Source: a virus. Taken from it: a stretch of DNA of 64,000 nt. The notes below the pieces were generated by a model. The model saw nothing but the letters and a program-made list of their open reading frames with translations, had not been told where the DNA came from and ran no database searches. The stretch is taken from IMG/VR virus record IMGVR_UViG_3300026484_000394, positions 33,198 through 97,197 of that record; one strand, 5' to 3'. Within the stretch, counting starts at the first letter, position 1, and each line of letters opens with the position of its first letter. A program made the translations under genes and the position numbers. This document shows, in pieces, positions 50,701-58,285 of this stretch.

Positions 50701-52007
50701 CAAAGATCCCCGACTGTCTTAACGGTTTCCTTCCCCGTCTTTACATCTCTCACCATTAAAGCAGGATTTCCAAATTTATCTATGTGGGCTCCGTGAGTTA
50801 GACTGAGAGTAATTCCCGTATTCGCCCCTTCAGGAGATTTGATAGGGTCGATAAATCCTAATTGAGATGAATGTAGAGAGCGAACTGACGGAGTAATCAT
50901 TTCTGACGACGAGATGCCGCCTTCTCCAACAGGAGTAATTTCCATATTTCCTTGCGTAGTCTGCAATGGATTGTATTCTTCAGGCATTCTTGATATAGCT
51001 GCCGTAGTCATAAAGCCTTTAGCTGCTTTTTCTAAAGTAGGCTCTTTCAGAGCATCGAACACCTGCACCTTAAATGGATTATTTAGGGCACCTTTCATCT
51101 TCATTTCAGATTTTTTAAGTTCAGTGTTAACTCCCTCTGCCAGAAGCTTTTGAGGAGTCATTATTTTCTTGAACATTAAGTTCTCTTTATCATCCTCTTC
51201 AGCCCCTTTTTTTACAGCCACATTTCGAGCAATACCGAGCAAGATAGTTTTCTTGTTCACTGTATTCAAAGGAGTACCCAAAGTGTGCTTTGTCACAGAG
51301 GGATCAAGTTTTGTTTGAGAGAAGTATTCTTGAATATGTTTTTCTACCTCTGACTGAGGAGGAGTGACATCTTTTCCTATTAGACCAAGTGTGTTGGCCA
51401 GCTTCAGAGAAGTTGCACGAACATTAGACTTAGAAGATAAGTGATTGAACAGTTGGTCTCCCAGAATGCCCTTAGATTCTTTCTCTGAAGCACCCAAGAT
51501 AGTTGCAATATCCACGGCATTGAACTGCTTCCCTCCAAGAATCACATTGACATCATTCTTGCCAGTAGGAGAAACTATTTTCATACCTCTTCCATTCTCT
51601 GCATTCATCATAGTCTCAACATCACCGTTGGCTTTATTTTGAGTGTAGGCTCCAGACTTAAGCCTAATCTGGTGTGGAAGATTGTAAGTATTTCCCTGAA
51701 TAAGAAAGCCACCTTTCCTAGTATATACAGGCACAGTTCCTAGAGATACTTTTCTCTCTTTAGAAATCACTTTCTTGCTCTTATTATCTATTACAGCTAC
51801 ATCTGCTAAATACTTCTGAGAAAGGGTTCCTCCCGAATCTATAAGTTTACTTAGTCTCTTGTATGTGTGATTTACGGGAAGTGTTCTAACATTGGAATAT
51901 TTAAGAGTCTTATATTTTCCTACAACTTCTCGTCCTTCATAGACAGATGTTATTTCGTCCTGAATTCTCTTGTTTGCCTCTTTTGTTCCTGTCTGTAATT
52001 TTTGCAT
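47766..52007 (-). CDS. DNA-directed RNA polymerase: beta fused to the N-terminal half of beta'
   Basis: beta motifs GGFLIQGNTY, SPEGANTG, NDPTRSLMAS, GELALGKN, GDKVAGRSGNKG, SNMEINAL; then beta' motifs RIFGG, YGHIDL, IPVLPTSMRP, GSGRAVI, NRAPSLH, NADYDGDQ; AGGGG RBS favours ATG 52007. Confidence 0.95.
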   Translation of the reverse strand: MQKLQTGTKEANKRIQDEITSVYEGREVVGKYKTLKYSNVRTLPVNHTYKRLSKLIDSGGTLSQKYLADVAVIDNKSKKVISKERKVSLGTVPVYTRKGGFLIQGNTYNLPHQIRLKSGAYTQNKANGDVETMMNAENGRGMKIVSPTGKNDVNVILGGKQFNAVDIATILGASEKESKGILGDQLFNHLSSKSNVRATSLKLANTLGLIGKDVTPPQSEVEKHIQEYFSQTKLDPSVTKHTLGTPLNTVNKKTILLGIARNVAVKKGAEEDDKENLMFKKIMTPQKLLAEGVNTELKKSEMKMKGALNNPFKVQVFDALKEPTLEKAAKGFMTTAAISRMPEEYNPLQTTQGNMEITPVGEGGISSSEMITPSVRSLHSSQLGFIDPIKSPEGANTGITLSLTHGAHIDKFGNPALMVRDVKTGKETVKTVGDLWDKKIAFPDDHKGSVGIRHKNDIQVGRLKSADYQLIHAEDMYGPAMNSLGMISSNDPTRSLMASKHVLQALPLAKRDVNPVRLQGKNGNMSAELAKHHLVTADTSGTVTKVDEKNGLIHYTDSAGTKQTQDYAKDKLRLNTKTYIDHYPIVKAGDKIKKGQALVDSNFTKDGELALGKNLRAAWMMFPGTRNDAFIVSEDAAKKMTSLHGVRFKTDASTGTEYSKQKFASLFPEIAKKIDMSKYDAHGIMNEGEAASKDEPITLGFRKMDPSEVRFENDKVKKLLYGGYAPEMSKWKTQETGVIRTREKRGNNYHITATYKSPLKKGDKVAGRSGNKGIISGVLPMHEMPTDETGKPLDIVFGGAGVTSRQNPAQISEAALTEVAHKTGKKYSLPHYTNDDLSEFAQQEADKNGVQLYHKVYDPVRKKHLKDKVFVAHYNTLKLFKQGEGTYSAIGHGPVDGMKQPKKGGKISASSISNMEINALLAHNARDFLREVGSVKSQENKDWFNAFEAGHIPPPPEPKSAREKFHGLLGQMNIKVHADGNHLHTIPMTDKDVTRVSIGRVSQPYGMKRNTMEPVNKGFYDTRIFGGHGSQYGHIDLKQKVINPFYKKTVASLLGKTEAELDKDIHHEGISGVYHKIGKLNTTERLAELRSEVKHTSDVGKADRAIKAIKAIKKLDSLKQSPSETMFISKIPVLPTSMRPPTKLPNGSLVEHDVNEHYANIIHSVNTLEEAKKAKAPAQIVNGLHKELQEHIGAMYGTNLSPNKKSQKKELKSVMDIVAGENPKTSFWHQRILKNKVFGSGRAVIAPHTKNMGIDQIELPNNVAWSMYEPHVVRKMSQMGIPVNESKKMIENRNESATRVLDSAMREIPVVINRAPSLHKHNMTGHYASRTSGNVMHIPAVIEDGQNADYDGDQLGIHVPFGHKAIQDVKTKIMASKQLMNSAKKNNLMMGIDLDPFIGFYDTTRKKNGNRKS

Positions 52008-52011
52008 CTGA

Positions 52012-52566
52012 CTATCCCCTTGTAGTAGTTTGAGTTTGGACACCACTCGTAGTGGTAACTGAATATCCGGTGTATGGTGGCTTCGGTGTTATCACACTAT
52101 CTTCTGACTCCACTAGGAGCTCTTCTTCACTAGAAGATCTCCCAATAGCGTCTGCGTAATCTTTGGTTTCATTCATTTCATATTTCACAGCTACAATTGC
52201 TTTTACTACAGGAGAAGAGGTCGGATGTGATATTGTTCTTGTTCTTACTTTAGAACCTGATCTATGAAAAGAGTTAACTTTAACATTATCTATCATATTT
52301 ACGACATCTACATCAGGCGGAATGAAGCTTGGAGCATGAGAGATAGCTTCTGAGTGCTCCACAAAGAACTTAGTCATACCAGACAGCTGAGTGCTTGACA
52401 TTCCAGTAATAACTCCATTCTCCTGTGGCACAAAACCACCCCTTTCGTCAACAACAGTTATACGACTCTCTATCCACCCAAAATTAAGCCGATGAATTTC
52501 AAAAGACATATCCATTCTCTCGGCAGAAATTGGATCAACATTGACTGTTTCTCTAATTACGGCCAT
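52012..52566 (-). CDS. hypothetical protein
   Basis: 184 aa between adaptor and RNAP, coupled to both. Confidence 0.7.
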   Translation of the reverse strand: MAVIRETVNVDPISAERMDMSFEIHRLNFGWIESRITVVDERGGFVPQENGVITGMSSTQLSGMTKFFVEHSEAISHAPSFIPPDVDVVNMIDNVKVNSFHRSGSKVRTRTISHPTSSPVVKAIVAVKYEMNETKDYADAIGRSSSEEELLVESEDSVITPKPPYTGYSVTTTSGVQTQTTTRG

Positions 52567-53002
52567 TTACATATCCAAACTCATACTCTGCAGAGGCCAT
52601 AGGCACTGTTCCCCAAGCATCACAATAAAATGACCGAGCACATTCAGTTGAAGAAAATCGTTCCATCTTGCTTTGATATGCCGCAGCTATAGCGAAATAC
52701 TTATCTGCTTTGTTTGAGTAGTCAATTTGACCTACGTTATCATCACCAATACTCATTTGATTTCTATTTTCTTGATGAGCAACGGCTTCCATTAGCTTTG
52801 AAATTATCCCTGGTAGCAATACTATTTCGGGAATGGTTTTAATCCTTCCTTTCAGAGCTGGATAGAGAAAGCACAGCTCTTCTCTAATATCTCTATCGAA
52901 CATTTCTATCTCTTCATCATCAAACTGCTCCTTGTTATTTAGGAGCACATTTAATTCATTGCGGTCTCGTATATAAGCCCGCACTTTCTCAGGATCAATC
53001 AT
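52553..53002 (-). CDS. putative head-tail adaptor/neck protein
   Basis: 149 aa helical; VRAYIRD...EQFDDEEI...NQMSIGD...DYSNKADKY resembles head-completion adaptors. Confidence 0.55.
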   Translation of the reverse strand: MIDPEKVRAYIRDRNELNVLLNNKEQFDDEEIEMFDRDIREELCFLYPALKGRIKTIPEIVLLPGIISKLMEAVAHQENRNQMSIGDDNVGQIDYSNKADKYFAIAAAYQSKMERFSSTECARSFYCDAWGTVPMASAEYEFGYVNGRN

Positions 53003-53007
53003 TTAAC

Positions 53008-53523
53008 TTACCTATGCTTTTTTTGTTTTAGATAGCTCACAACACAAGTGGCATCTGCATAATCTTCGTCCCCAATAACTTCTATGCTTTTTCCTAGTGA
53101 AGTACAATGCACCTCATCAATGCCAGCTTCGCCCATATCTACATTGCAAGTACCTCCAATAATTCCACCTAAAGGCTCAAACATGAGAGTTCCCTTGTTG
53201 TCCACAATGTCTACTGTATCATTGTATATTTCGCAGTTCGTTACGATTTTTGGTGTAGAATCTTTAGGCTCCGTAAGTAGATATTCCGTGGTGTCCATAT
53301 TATACTTATCTCTACATGGCTCTGCATACACTCTAAGCAAACTCATGTCTCTTGCGTCAAAAAGATCTGCAAAAAAATAATCAATGTAATTGCCATTTTT
53401 GTCTTTGTTTTTATCTGCTTCTTGAAAACGGTCTAGGAAGTTGCGGGTAAAGGAAATAGCTCCTGCTTTAGAAATATTGGAATTTCCTCTAACTAGAACC
53501 TCTTTTTTGTATAATGAACTCAT
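53008..53523 (-). CDS. hypothetical protein
   Basis: 171 aa, AGGAG RBS, first gene after a promoter. Confidence 0.72.
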   Translation of the reverse strand: MSSLYKKEVLVRGNSNISKAGAISFTRNFLDRFQEADKNKDKNGNYIDYFFADLFDARDMSLLRVYAEPCRDKYNMDTTEYLLTEPKDSTPKIVTNCEIYNDTVDIVDNKGTLMFEPLGGIIGGTCNVDMGEAGIDEVHCTSLGKSIEVIGDEDYADATCVVSYLKQKKHR

Positions 53524-53553
53524 ATCTTACTCCTGTTTTTTTATTTAGGAGAT

Positions 53554-53582
53554 ATTGTATCATCTTTTGGATATATTCTCAA
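53554..53582 (-). promoter_or_regulatory. sigma70-type promoter for the operon ending in RNAP-HNH
   Basis: Minus strand TTGAGA-17 nt-TACAAT with extended -10 TGa. Confidence 0.7.
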
Positions 53583-53610
53583 TAGAAGCCTCTCCGGAGA
53601 GAGGACTCTA
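53583..53610 (-). terminator. stem-loop after the fibre-like gene (no U-tract)
   Basis: Minus strand TAGAGTCCTCTC-TCCG-GAGAGGCTTCTA. Confidence 0.45.
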
Positions 53611-53630
53611 TGAAGATAGACCCAAAGGGA

Positions 53631-54641
53631 CTATGCTACAGCTCCGTCACCGTCACCAGCATCATTTGAAAGACCAAGACCTTTTCTAAAAGAAGTAATA
53701 ATTCTACTTTTATCCATGCTTGAAGCTTTTAATGTATGAGCATCTGTATACTCTTTAGCAGCAGCTAATGTATCAATAATGCTTGTAGCAGTTGCTTTAG
53801 CATTTTGAGCAATTGTAGTTGCATTAGAAGTAACTTTACTGATTAGACCTGGTACAAGTTCAGAATCTTCATTAGTAGTATCATTTAAGATATTTTCAGC
53901 AGATTGTACTCTGTCAGAAATAGAACTTAAAGAATCACCTTCACCACCAGTGATTTCTTCTAGTTTTTCTTCAATTCTTGACTCAGCAGCAGCAACTTTT
54001 GCTTCAGTAGAAGTAGTAAGTTCAGTTTTTGCAGCAGTAATTTTTTCATCTGTTGTATTAGCATTTGCTTGTTCAGCAGTGATTGCACGAAGTTTTTCCT
54101 GATCAACTAAATTAGCAACAGAACCTTCAATATCTTTGCTACCATTTAATTTAGTAACAGTTGCTTCAGTAGTAACTAATCTATCGTTAATAGCACCAAC
54201 AGTAGTTTTAGCAGCTTCTTTGTTATCAGCAACAGCTTTAACTAAAGCAACAATGTCAGCATTGTTAGAGTCAGTAGCATTTTTGTTGTCATTGATTTTA
54301 CCAAGTAAAGCAGCTTCAACATTAGTGGCACGAGTATTTTCATCTACGATATCTTTTTTGTTAGCAGCAATTTTGTCTAAGAAGTCAGCAACAATACCAT
54401 CTTCATTTGAAACAGCAGATTTAACATCTCTAACCATCTCAGCAAGAGACACAGAGTCATTGCTATCATCTAGTTCAGTAATTGCAGTTAATTGAGTTTG
54501 AAGTTCATTTACAGCAGTTAGTAATTCTGTTTTTGTAGAAAAACCTTTGCCCTCAACGTATTCAACTGTACTTTTACCTTGTTCTTCAACAAGATCAACT
54601 AAGATTTGTTCTAATTCTTCTGTAGTTACATTATCAGCCAT
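53631..54641 (-). CDS. coiled-coil fibre/whisker-like virion protein, probably highly expressed
   Basis: 336 aa Ala/Thr/Asn/Glu-rich heptads; DENTRATNVEAAL and DQEKLRAITAEQAN (E-x2-RA-x2-E fibre-type motif); strong A/T third-position bias. Confidence 0.6.
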   Translation of the reverse strand: MADNVTTEELEQILVDLVEEQGKSTVEYVEGKGFSTKTELLTAVNELQTQLTAITELDDSNDSVSLAEMVRDVKSAVSNEDGIVADFLDKIAANKKDIVDENTRATNVEAALLGKINDNKNATDSNNADIVALVKAVADNKEAAKTTVGAINDRLVTTEATVTKLNGSKDIEGSVANLVDQEKLRAITAEQANANTTDEKITAAKTELTTSTEAKVAAAESRIEEKLEEITGGEGDSLSSISDRVQSAENILNDTTNEDSELVPGLISKVTSNATTIAQNAKATATSIIDTLAAAKEYTDAHTLKASSMDKSRIITSFRKGLGLSNDAGDGDGAVA

Positions 54642-54794
54642 GGATAATCCTTTTAACTTAATATTTTTTGAGCTAGGCTCAGTGGAGTCCTCTTTAAAAA
54701 AAGGAACTCTGAGAAACTACTCTCTTCACCAGAAGTGAGAGTATAGTAGTTTCAAGCTGAATGATAGCTTGAAATTTACTGCTTTTTTATTATA
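54642..54794 (-). promoter_or_regulatory. promoter -10 box plus structured ~140-nt 5' leader
   Basis: TATAAT at 54789-54794 (minus); stems at 54745-54780, 54713-54753 and 54678-54713. Confidence 0.5.
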
Positions 54795-54801
54795 ACTGCT
54801 T

Positions 54802-55003
54802 CGGCCATCAATAGCCCTAGTCTAGCATATTAAAAAAACTAAATAGCTGAAATCCCAATCGTCTAAACTTGTTTAGTGGTTGGGCAGTTCACCTTTAGCA
54901 AAATTAAACAATAATATCTGAACTTGAAATAGCAAGAATGAGTGAAGATGAAGCAAGAATAACTTTTGAAAAACTAAGACGGAGTGGTACAGAATGCATA
55001 TGA
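54802..55003 (+). pseudogene. possible relic of an IS1595-family transposase 5' end
   Basis: 54908-55003 reads TIISELEIARMSEDEARITFEKLRRSGTECI*, resembling the IS1595 N-terminal pattern TLS-x4-RMSDEEA-x3-F-x2-IRW; CGG in place of TGG; flanked by stops. Confidence 0.4.
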
Positions 55004-55020
55004 AACGTAAGATTTATTGT

Positions 55021-55050
55021 TATTACTCCCTCTCCTGGAGAGGGGTAATA
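55021..55050 (-). terminator. stem-loop directly after stop codon (no U-tract)
   Basis: TATTACTCCCTCTC-CTG-GAGAGGGGTAATA inverted repeat with one bulge. Confidence 0.5.
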
Positions 55051-55053
55051 CTA

Positions 55054-56313
55054 TTATTCTTCTTCGGTTTTTTGAGAAATTAATTTTACTGCTGAACCTT
55101 CCCAGATAATATCAAACTTATTACAAGCAATTCTGAACTCTAGAAATCTAAAGTCTTTTGGTACTGCTTTGTATTTAATTATAAGTCTATCTAGCTGAGG
55201 GTCTCTGCTATTTACATCAAAGAAGCTAGTAATATTAAAACTATCTTCTTCCAATTCATTAAATGTAATACCTAAATCCTCTTCTTTTACAGCTGTGCTC
55301 ACAGTCATATGGTTTCCAAATTTAGAATATGCAACTGTAGGAGTTGAAGTAAGCCCATTCGCAGAGATATCAAACATTACAATCTCATCGTCTTCTCTAG
55401 AAATCATTTTTGGGTAATCTACATCAGGGTTAAAAGTACCTCGATAACCTTCCATCTGAGCACAAATAAATTCATCGCCAGGTGCAATTGTTGTGTATGA
55501 ACTGTATACAAGTGATCCTTGTGCAACTTCCTCTTTCCCGATATATACAATTACCTCTGTATGAGATACCCATTGCAGCGTAAGAACAAACCAATCTTCA
55601 GGAACTTCACACTCAAACTTCTCTCCATAAATAAATACACCACCGTCCCCAATCTCTACATAGCTTTTAAATATATTGCTTACATTCCCAGCACCATAAA
55701 TTCTTGTTCTCTTTGAAGTGTCAGCCAGTTTAACATGCATTGAAACAAAAGCATCTCCCTCTACATTCGATGTTCTAACTTGTTGAACTGCATTGCGTCG
55801 GCTATACCCTATTGCATTTCCATCTTGGTCTTTAAATGGGCTGTCATCTATAACTGTACCTGCAGACACAGTCCGTTCTCGTGAACTAAATGCATGACGA
55901 CGACTATCATAAGACAAAGGCATCCTTACACTATTTGGAACAACTCTGTCTAGAGCATAGCCCGAGATACAAGCTTTATCTTTAAGAGCAGGTTCCTGTC
56001 TCATAATTGTTTTCTCTACAGTTTTTTCACCAAGAACAATTCTTTTTCCATGAGGAAATTCAGGAGAAACAATCATCACTGCGTCACCCTCTTGATAGTC
56101 ATATGCTTTTGCTGATATACCCATTAGAGACAACCTGCTTGCTGTAGTAGGAAGAATGTCTTCCCCTCTCTGTAAGCCAACTCTTCTTAGGCCAATATTA
56201 TGTGAAAGAGCTTCGTACTCTGTAAAATTGGGTTCATCTGCTTTAGCCCCTTTTACCGTGCTATACCACTCAGTGTTATCTTCTGTTGCCATTAAATGTT
56301 TTGTTGTTGCCAT
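55054..56313 (-). CDS. hypothetical protein, possible beta-sandwich (lectin/LamG-like) region
   Basis: 419 aa; DWFVLTLQWVSHTEVIVYIGKEEV resembles LamG-type strands. Confidence 0.6.
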   Translation of the reverse strand: MATTKHLMATEDNTEWYSTVKGAKADEPNFTEYEALSHNIGLRRVGLQRGEDILPTTASRLSLMGISAKAYDYQEGDAVMIVSPEFPHGKRIVLGEKTVEKTIMRQEPALKDKACISGYALDRVVPNSVRMPLSYDSRRHAFSSRERTVSAGTVIDDSPFKDQDGNAIGYSRRNAVQQVRTSNVEGDAFVSMHVKLADTSKRTRIYGAGNVSNIFKSYVEIGDGGVFIYGEKFECEVPEDWFVLTLQWVSHTEVIVYIGKEEVAQGSLVYSSYTTIAPGDEFICAQMEGYRGTFNPDVDYPKMISREDDEIVMFDISANGLTSTPTVAYSKFGNHMTVSTAVKEEDLGITFNELEEDSFNITSFFDVNSRDPQLDRLIIKYKAVPKDFRFLEFRIACNKFDIIWEGSAVKLISQKTEEE

Positions 56314-56325
56314 ATTAAATCCTTC

Positions 56326-57156
56326 TTAAGCAGCTAAGCTTAAATATATTATTTTTTGAAAATTATCAGTTGCTCTATTTTTACCAAAAAGAACTTCGAT
56401 TTGTTCATTTTTGTTCTCTAACGGAGAATAGAACTTTGCAATAAATCCCGTCTCTACCCTATTTCTTCCAAAAAGAACTTCGATTTGTTCATCTTTAGCA
56501 TCAAGAGAAAGGTAAGCTTTTGCTATCATTCCAGGTAAACCAGCATTTATAGATACTAGATACTCTTCTGTCCATTCTGCAGGAAGCTCAAGTGCTTCTA
56601 TAGGAGAACCATCTACTACCCATTCACCGTTGCTTAAATCTACAGGTTGTCCCAGAAAAGAATCTGAAGTCGTAAGAAAGCCGAAATGCTTAAATATTGA
56701 ACCCACAACGAGTCTACTTTCATCAACATTATTGTAGTCAATAATTTTAACCACTGGAAATCTTGTCGGAGCTACTTTAGGAAGAGCTTTATCTGCTAAT
56801 CGTACAGCAATCGTTAAAATCTCTTTATCAGTCAGCCCAGAACCTAGTCTAATTATCAATTCTTGATAGTCAATAATTTGTGCAGGTAGCTTCGCTAGAC
56901 TCACATTGTTAGTAGTCGTATTAAATAACACTCTTGATTGAACACCAAGGCATTCTCTATCTTGTTCACAGACAGAAACAAACACCTCACCTAACCAAGG
57001 AACTAGATAATACAGTTTTGTAACAACAGCCTTGTCTTTAAAAAGACGCTTGTTTTTCTCACTTAGCTCATCCACTCTCTCTAAAGAAAGACGCTCGGCC
57101 TCTTCTTTAGTAATTTTATGAGTGTTGACAAAGGTTTCGATTTTGATTGATATCAT
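56326..57156 (-). CDS. hypothetical protein with duplicated C-terminal 28-aa unit
   Basis: KDEQIEVLFGRNR and KNEQIEVLFGKNR. Confidence 0.72.
   Translation of the reverse strand: MISIKIETFVNTHKITKEEAERLSLERVDELSEKNKRLFKDKAVVTKLYYLVPWLGEVFVSVCEQDRECLGVQSRVLFNTTTNNVSLAKLPAQIIDYQELIIRLGSGLTDKEILTIAVRLADKALPKVAPTRFPVVKIIDYNNVDESRLVVGSIFKHFGFLTTSDSFLGQPVDLSNGEWVVDGSPIEALELPAEWTEEYLVSINAGLPGMIAKAYLSLDAKDEQIEVLFGRNRVETGFIAKFYSPLENKNEQIEVLFGKNRATDNFQKIIYLSLAA
56384..56492. repeat. 25-bp exact direct repeat, 84-bp period
   Basis: CCAAAAAGAACTTCGATTTGTTCAT at 56384-56408 and 56468-56492. Confidence 0.9.
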
Positions 57157-57177
57157 TGTATACCTTTATTTTTTCGC

Positions 57178-57198
57178 TCTGCCCCCAATGGAGGCAGA
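57178..57198 (-). terminator. GC-rich stem-loop after stop codon (no U-tract)
   Basis: Minus strand TCTGCCTCC-ATT-GGGGGCAGA. Confidence 0.45.
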
Positions 57199-57705
57199 CT
57201 AAGCTATAGTTCTAGAAATTACTTTACCATCTTCTTTGTGCTCAAAAATTACAGCATTTGGCACTGTCGTCACTGCTTCTGCTACAGCATAACTGCCATC
57301 AGGGTTTCTTTGTTGAGTTGTTACCTGAACAACAACTGAGCTTCCGCACTGCATAGCCTTAGTAGATTTCATCCAGCCTTCTTTCTCGGAAGATGCTTTT
57401 GAGATCAACTTAAAAGTATCCCCGTTGCCCCAGAATATAACATCACTAACATTTTCTCTTGTGCCATTAGAACAAGTATTCCCAAGTGTTTTCTTTGGAA
57501 TACCCATTTCTGGGTCAAGCTCCATATATCCTTTTTCGAAGGCTTCAGCAGGAGACCATGACTCATAGCCATCTTCGTAGACAACTTTATATCCATTCAC
57601 TTGTTTCTCTTCAGCACTATAGTCACGAACTAATCCTGCCTGACCTGCTTCGTGATATGGCATTGGTACTGCATTTACTGTCTTTACGCTTCTAAAAAAA
57701 CCCAT
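57199..57705 (-). CDS. two-domain small phage protein, candidate anti-defence protein
   Basis: N-domain GYKVVYEDGYESWSPAEAFEKGY; C-domain GNGDTFKLISKASSEKEGWMKSTKAM...VVQVTTQQ. Confidence 0.7.
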   Translation of the reverse strand: MGFFRSVKTVNAVPMPYHEAGQAGLVRDYSAEEKQVNGYKVVYEDGYESWSPAEAFEKGYMELDPEMGIPKKTLGNTCSNGTRENVSDVIFWGNGDTFKLISKASSEKEGWMKSTKAMQCGSSVVVQVTTQQRNPDGSYAVAEAVTTVPNAVIFEHKEDGKVISRTIA

Positions 57706-57755
57706 TACAGACCACCCTCGCCAAGACTAAAAGCTTCTCTTGTGTACCCTCTCAT
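57705..57755 (-). CDS. 16-aa mini-ORF MRGYTREAFSLGEGGL
   Basis: Start overlaps the upstream stop (TGATG) and stop overlaps the downstream start (TAATG). Confidence 0.4.
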   Translation of the reverse strand: MRGYTREAFSLGEGGL

Positions 57756-58255
57756 CATATACCTCTATTGATAACAGCAGAACATACATTGCCGTTAAGT
57801 TCATCTTTTAACAAAAAGCCCATTAGAGGCCAGATTTTCTCTCTAGCAGTATCTTTAGCTATTCTCTCACCTATCATTTTGTCATAGTTCTCCGGAGAAG
57901 CACAAGCACTTTCACCTGTAACGGTAAACCCATTCACTAAAGTTAGCACACACACAGTCAGAACATCAGTAAGCTTGTGATACTCTTCTTTTGCAATAAC
58001 TGCATCAATCTTTCCTGGGTTCAACCGTGGAGCATTTAAGCATTTTTCTTGGATCAGTTCCTCTGTTGTTATTGCACCTGTTGCCTCTTGTGTACACTTC
58101 GCACAGTGAACCGGAGTTTCCATCATATCCATTAGGTCTTGTTTCGACTTCTTTACACTCTCCGGCATCTCTAATTCCTCTGCCTTACAGTGTGCCTCTA
58201 ATTCTACTAACTTATCTATCACTTCTTTGATTGCACGTGAAGTTTTCTTATTCAT
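57755..58255 (-). CDS. N4 Gp49/Sf6 gp66 family protein (Acb4-like sponge candidate) with N-terminal extension
   Basis: APRLNPGKIDAVI...LTVCVLTLVNGFTVTGESACASPENYDKMIGERIA...KIWPLMGFLLK. Confidence 0.85.
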   Translation of the reverse strand: MNKKTSRAIKEVIDKLVELEAHCKAEELEMPESVKKSKQDLMDMMETPVHCAKCTQEATGAITTEELIQEKCLNAPRLNPGKIDAVIAKEEYHKLTDVLTVCVLTLVNGFTVTGESACASPENYDKMIGERIAKDTAREKIWPLMGFLLKDELNGNVCSAVINRGI

Positions 58256-58285
58256 GTCTATCCTTCTGTTTTTTTTTAAGTGGTC

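Noticed and set aside
47766-52007. Host (Helicobacter-type) rpoBC fusion or bacterial contamination
   Set aside because: About half the expected length, highly diverged, no ribosomal-protein neighbours, embedded among phage genes
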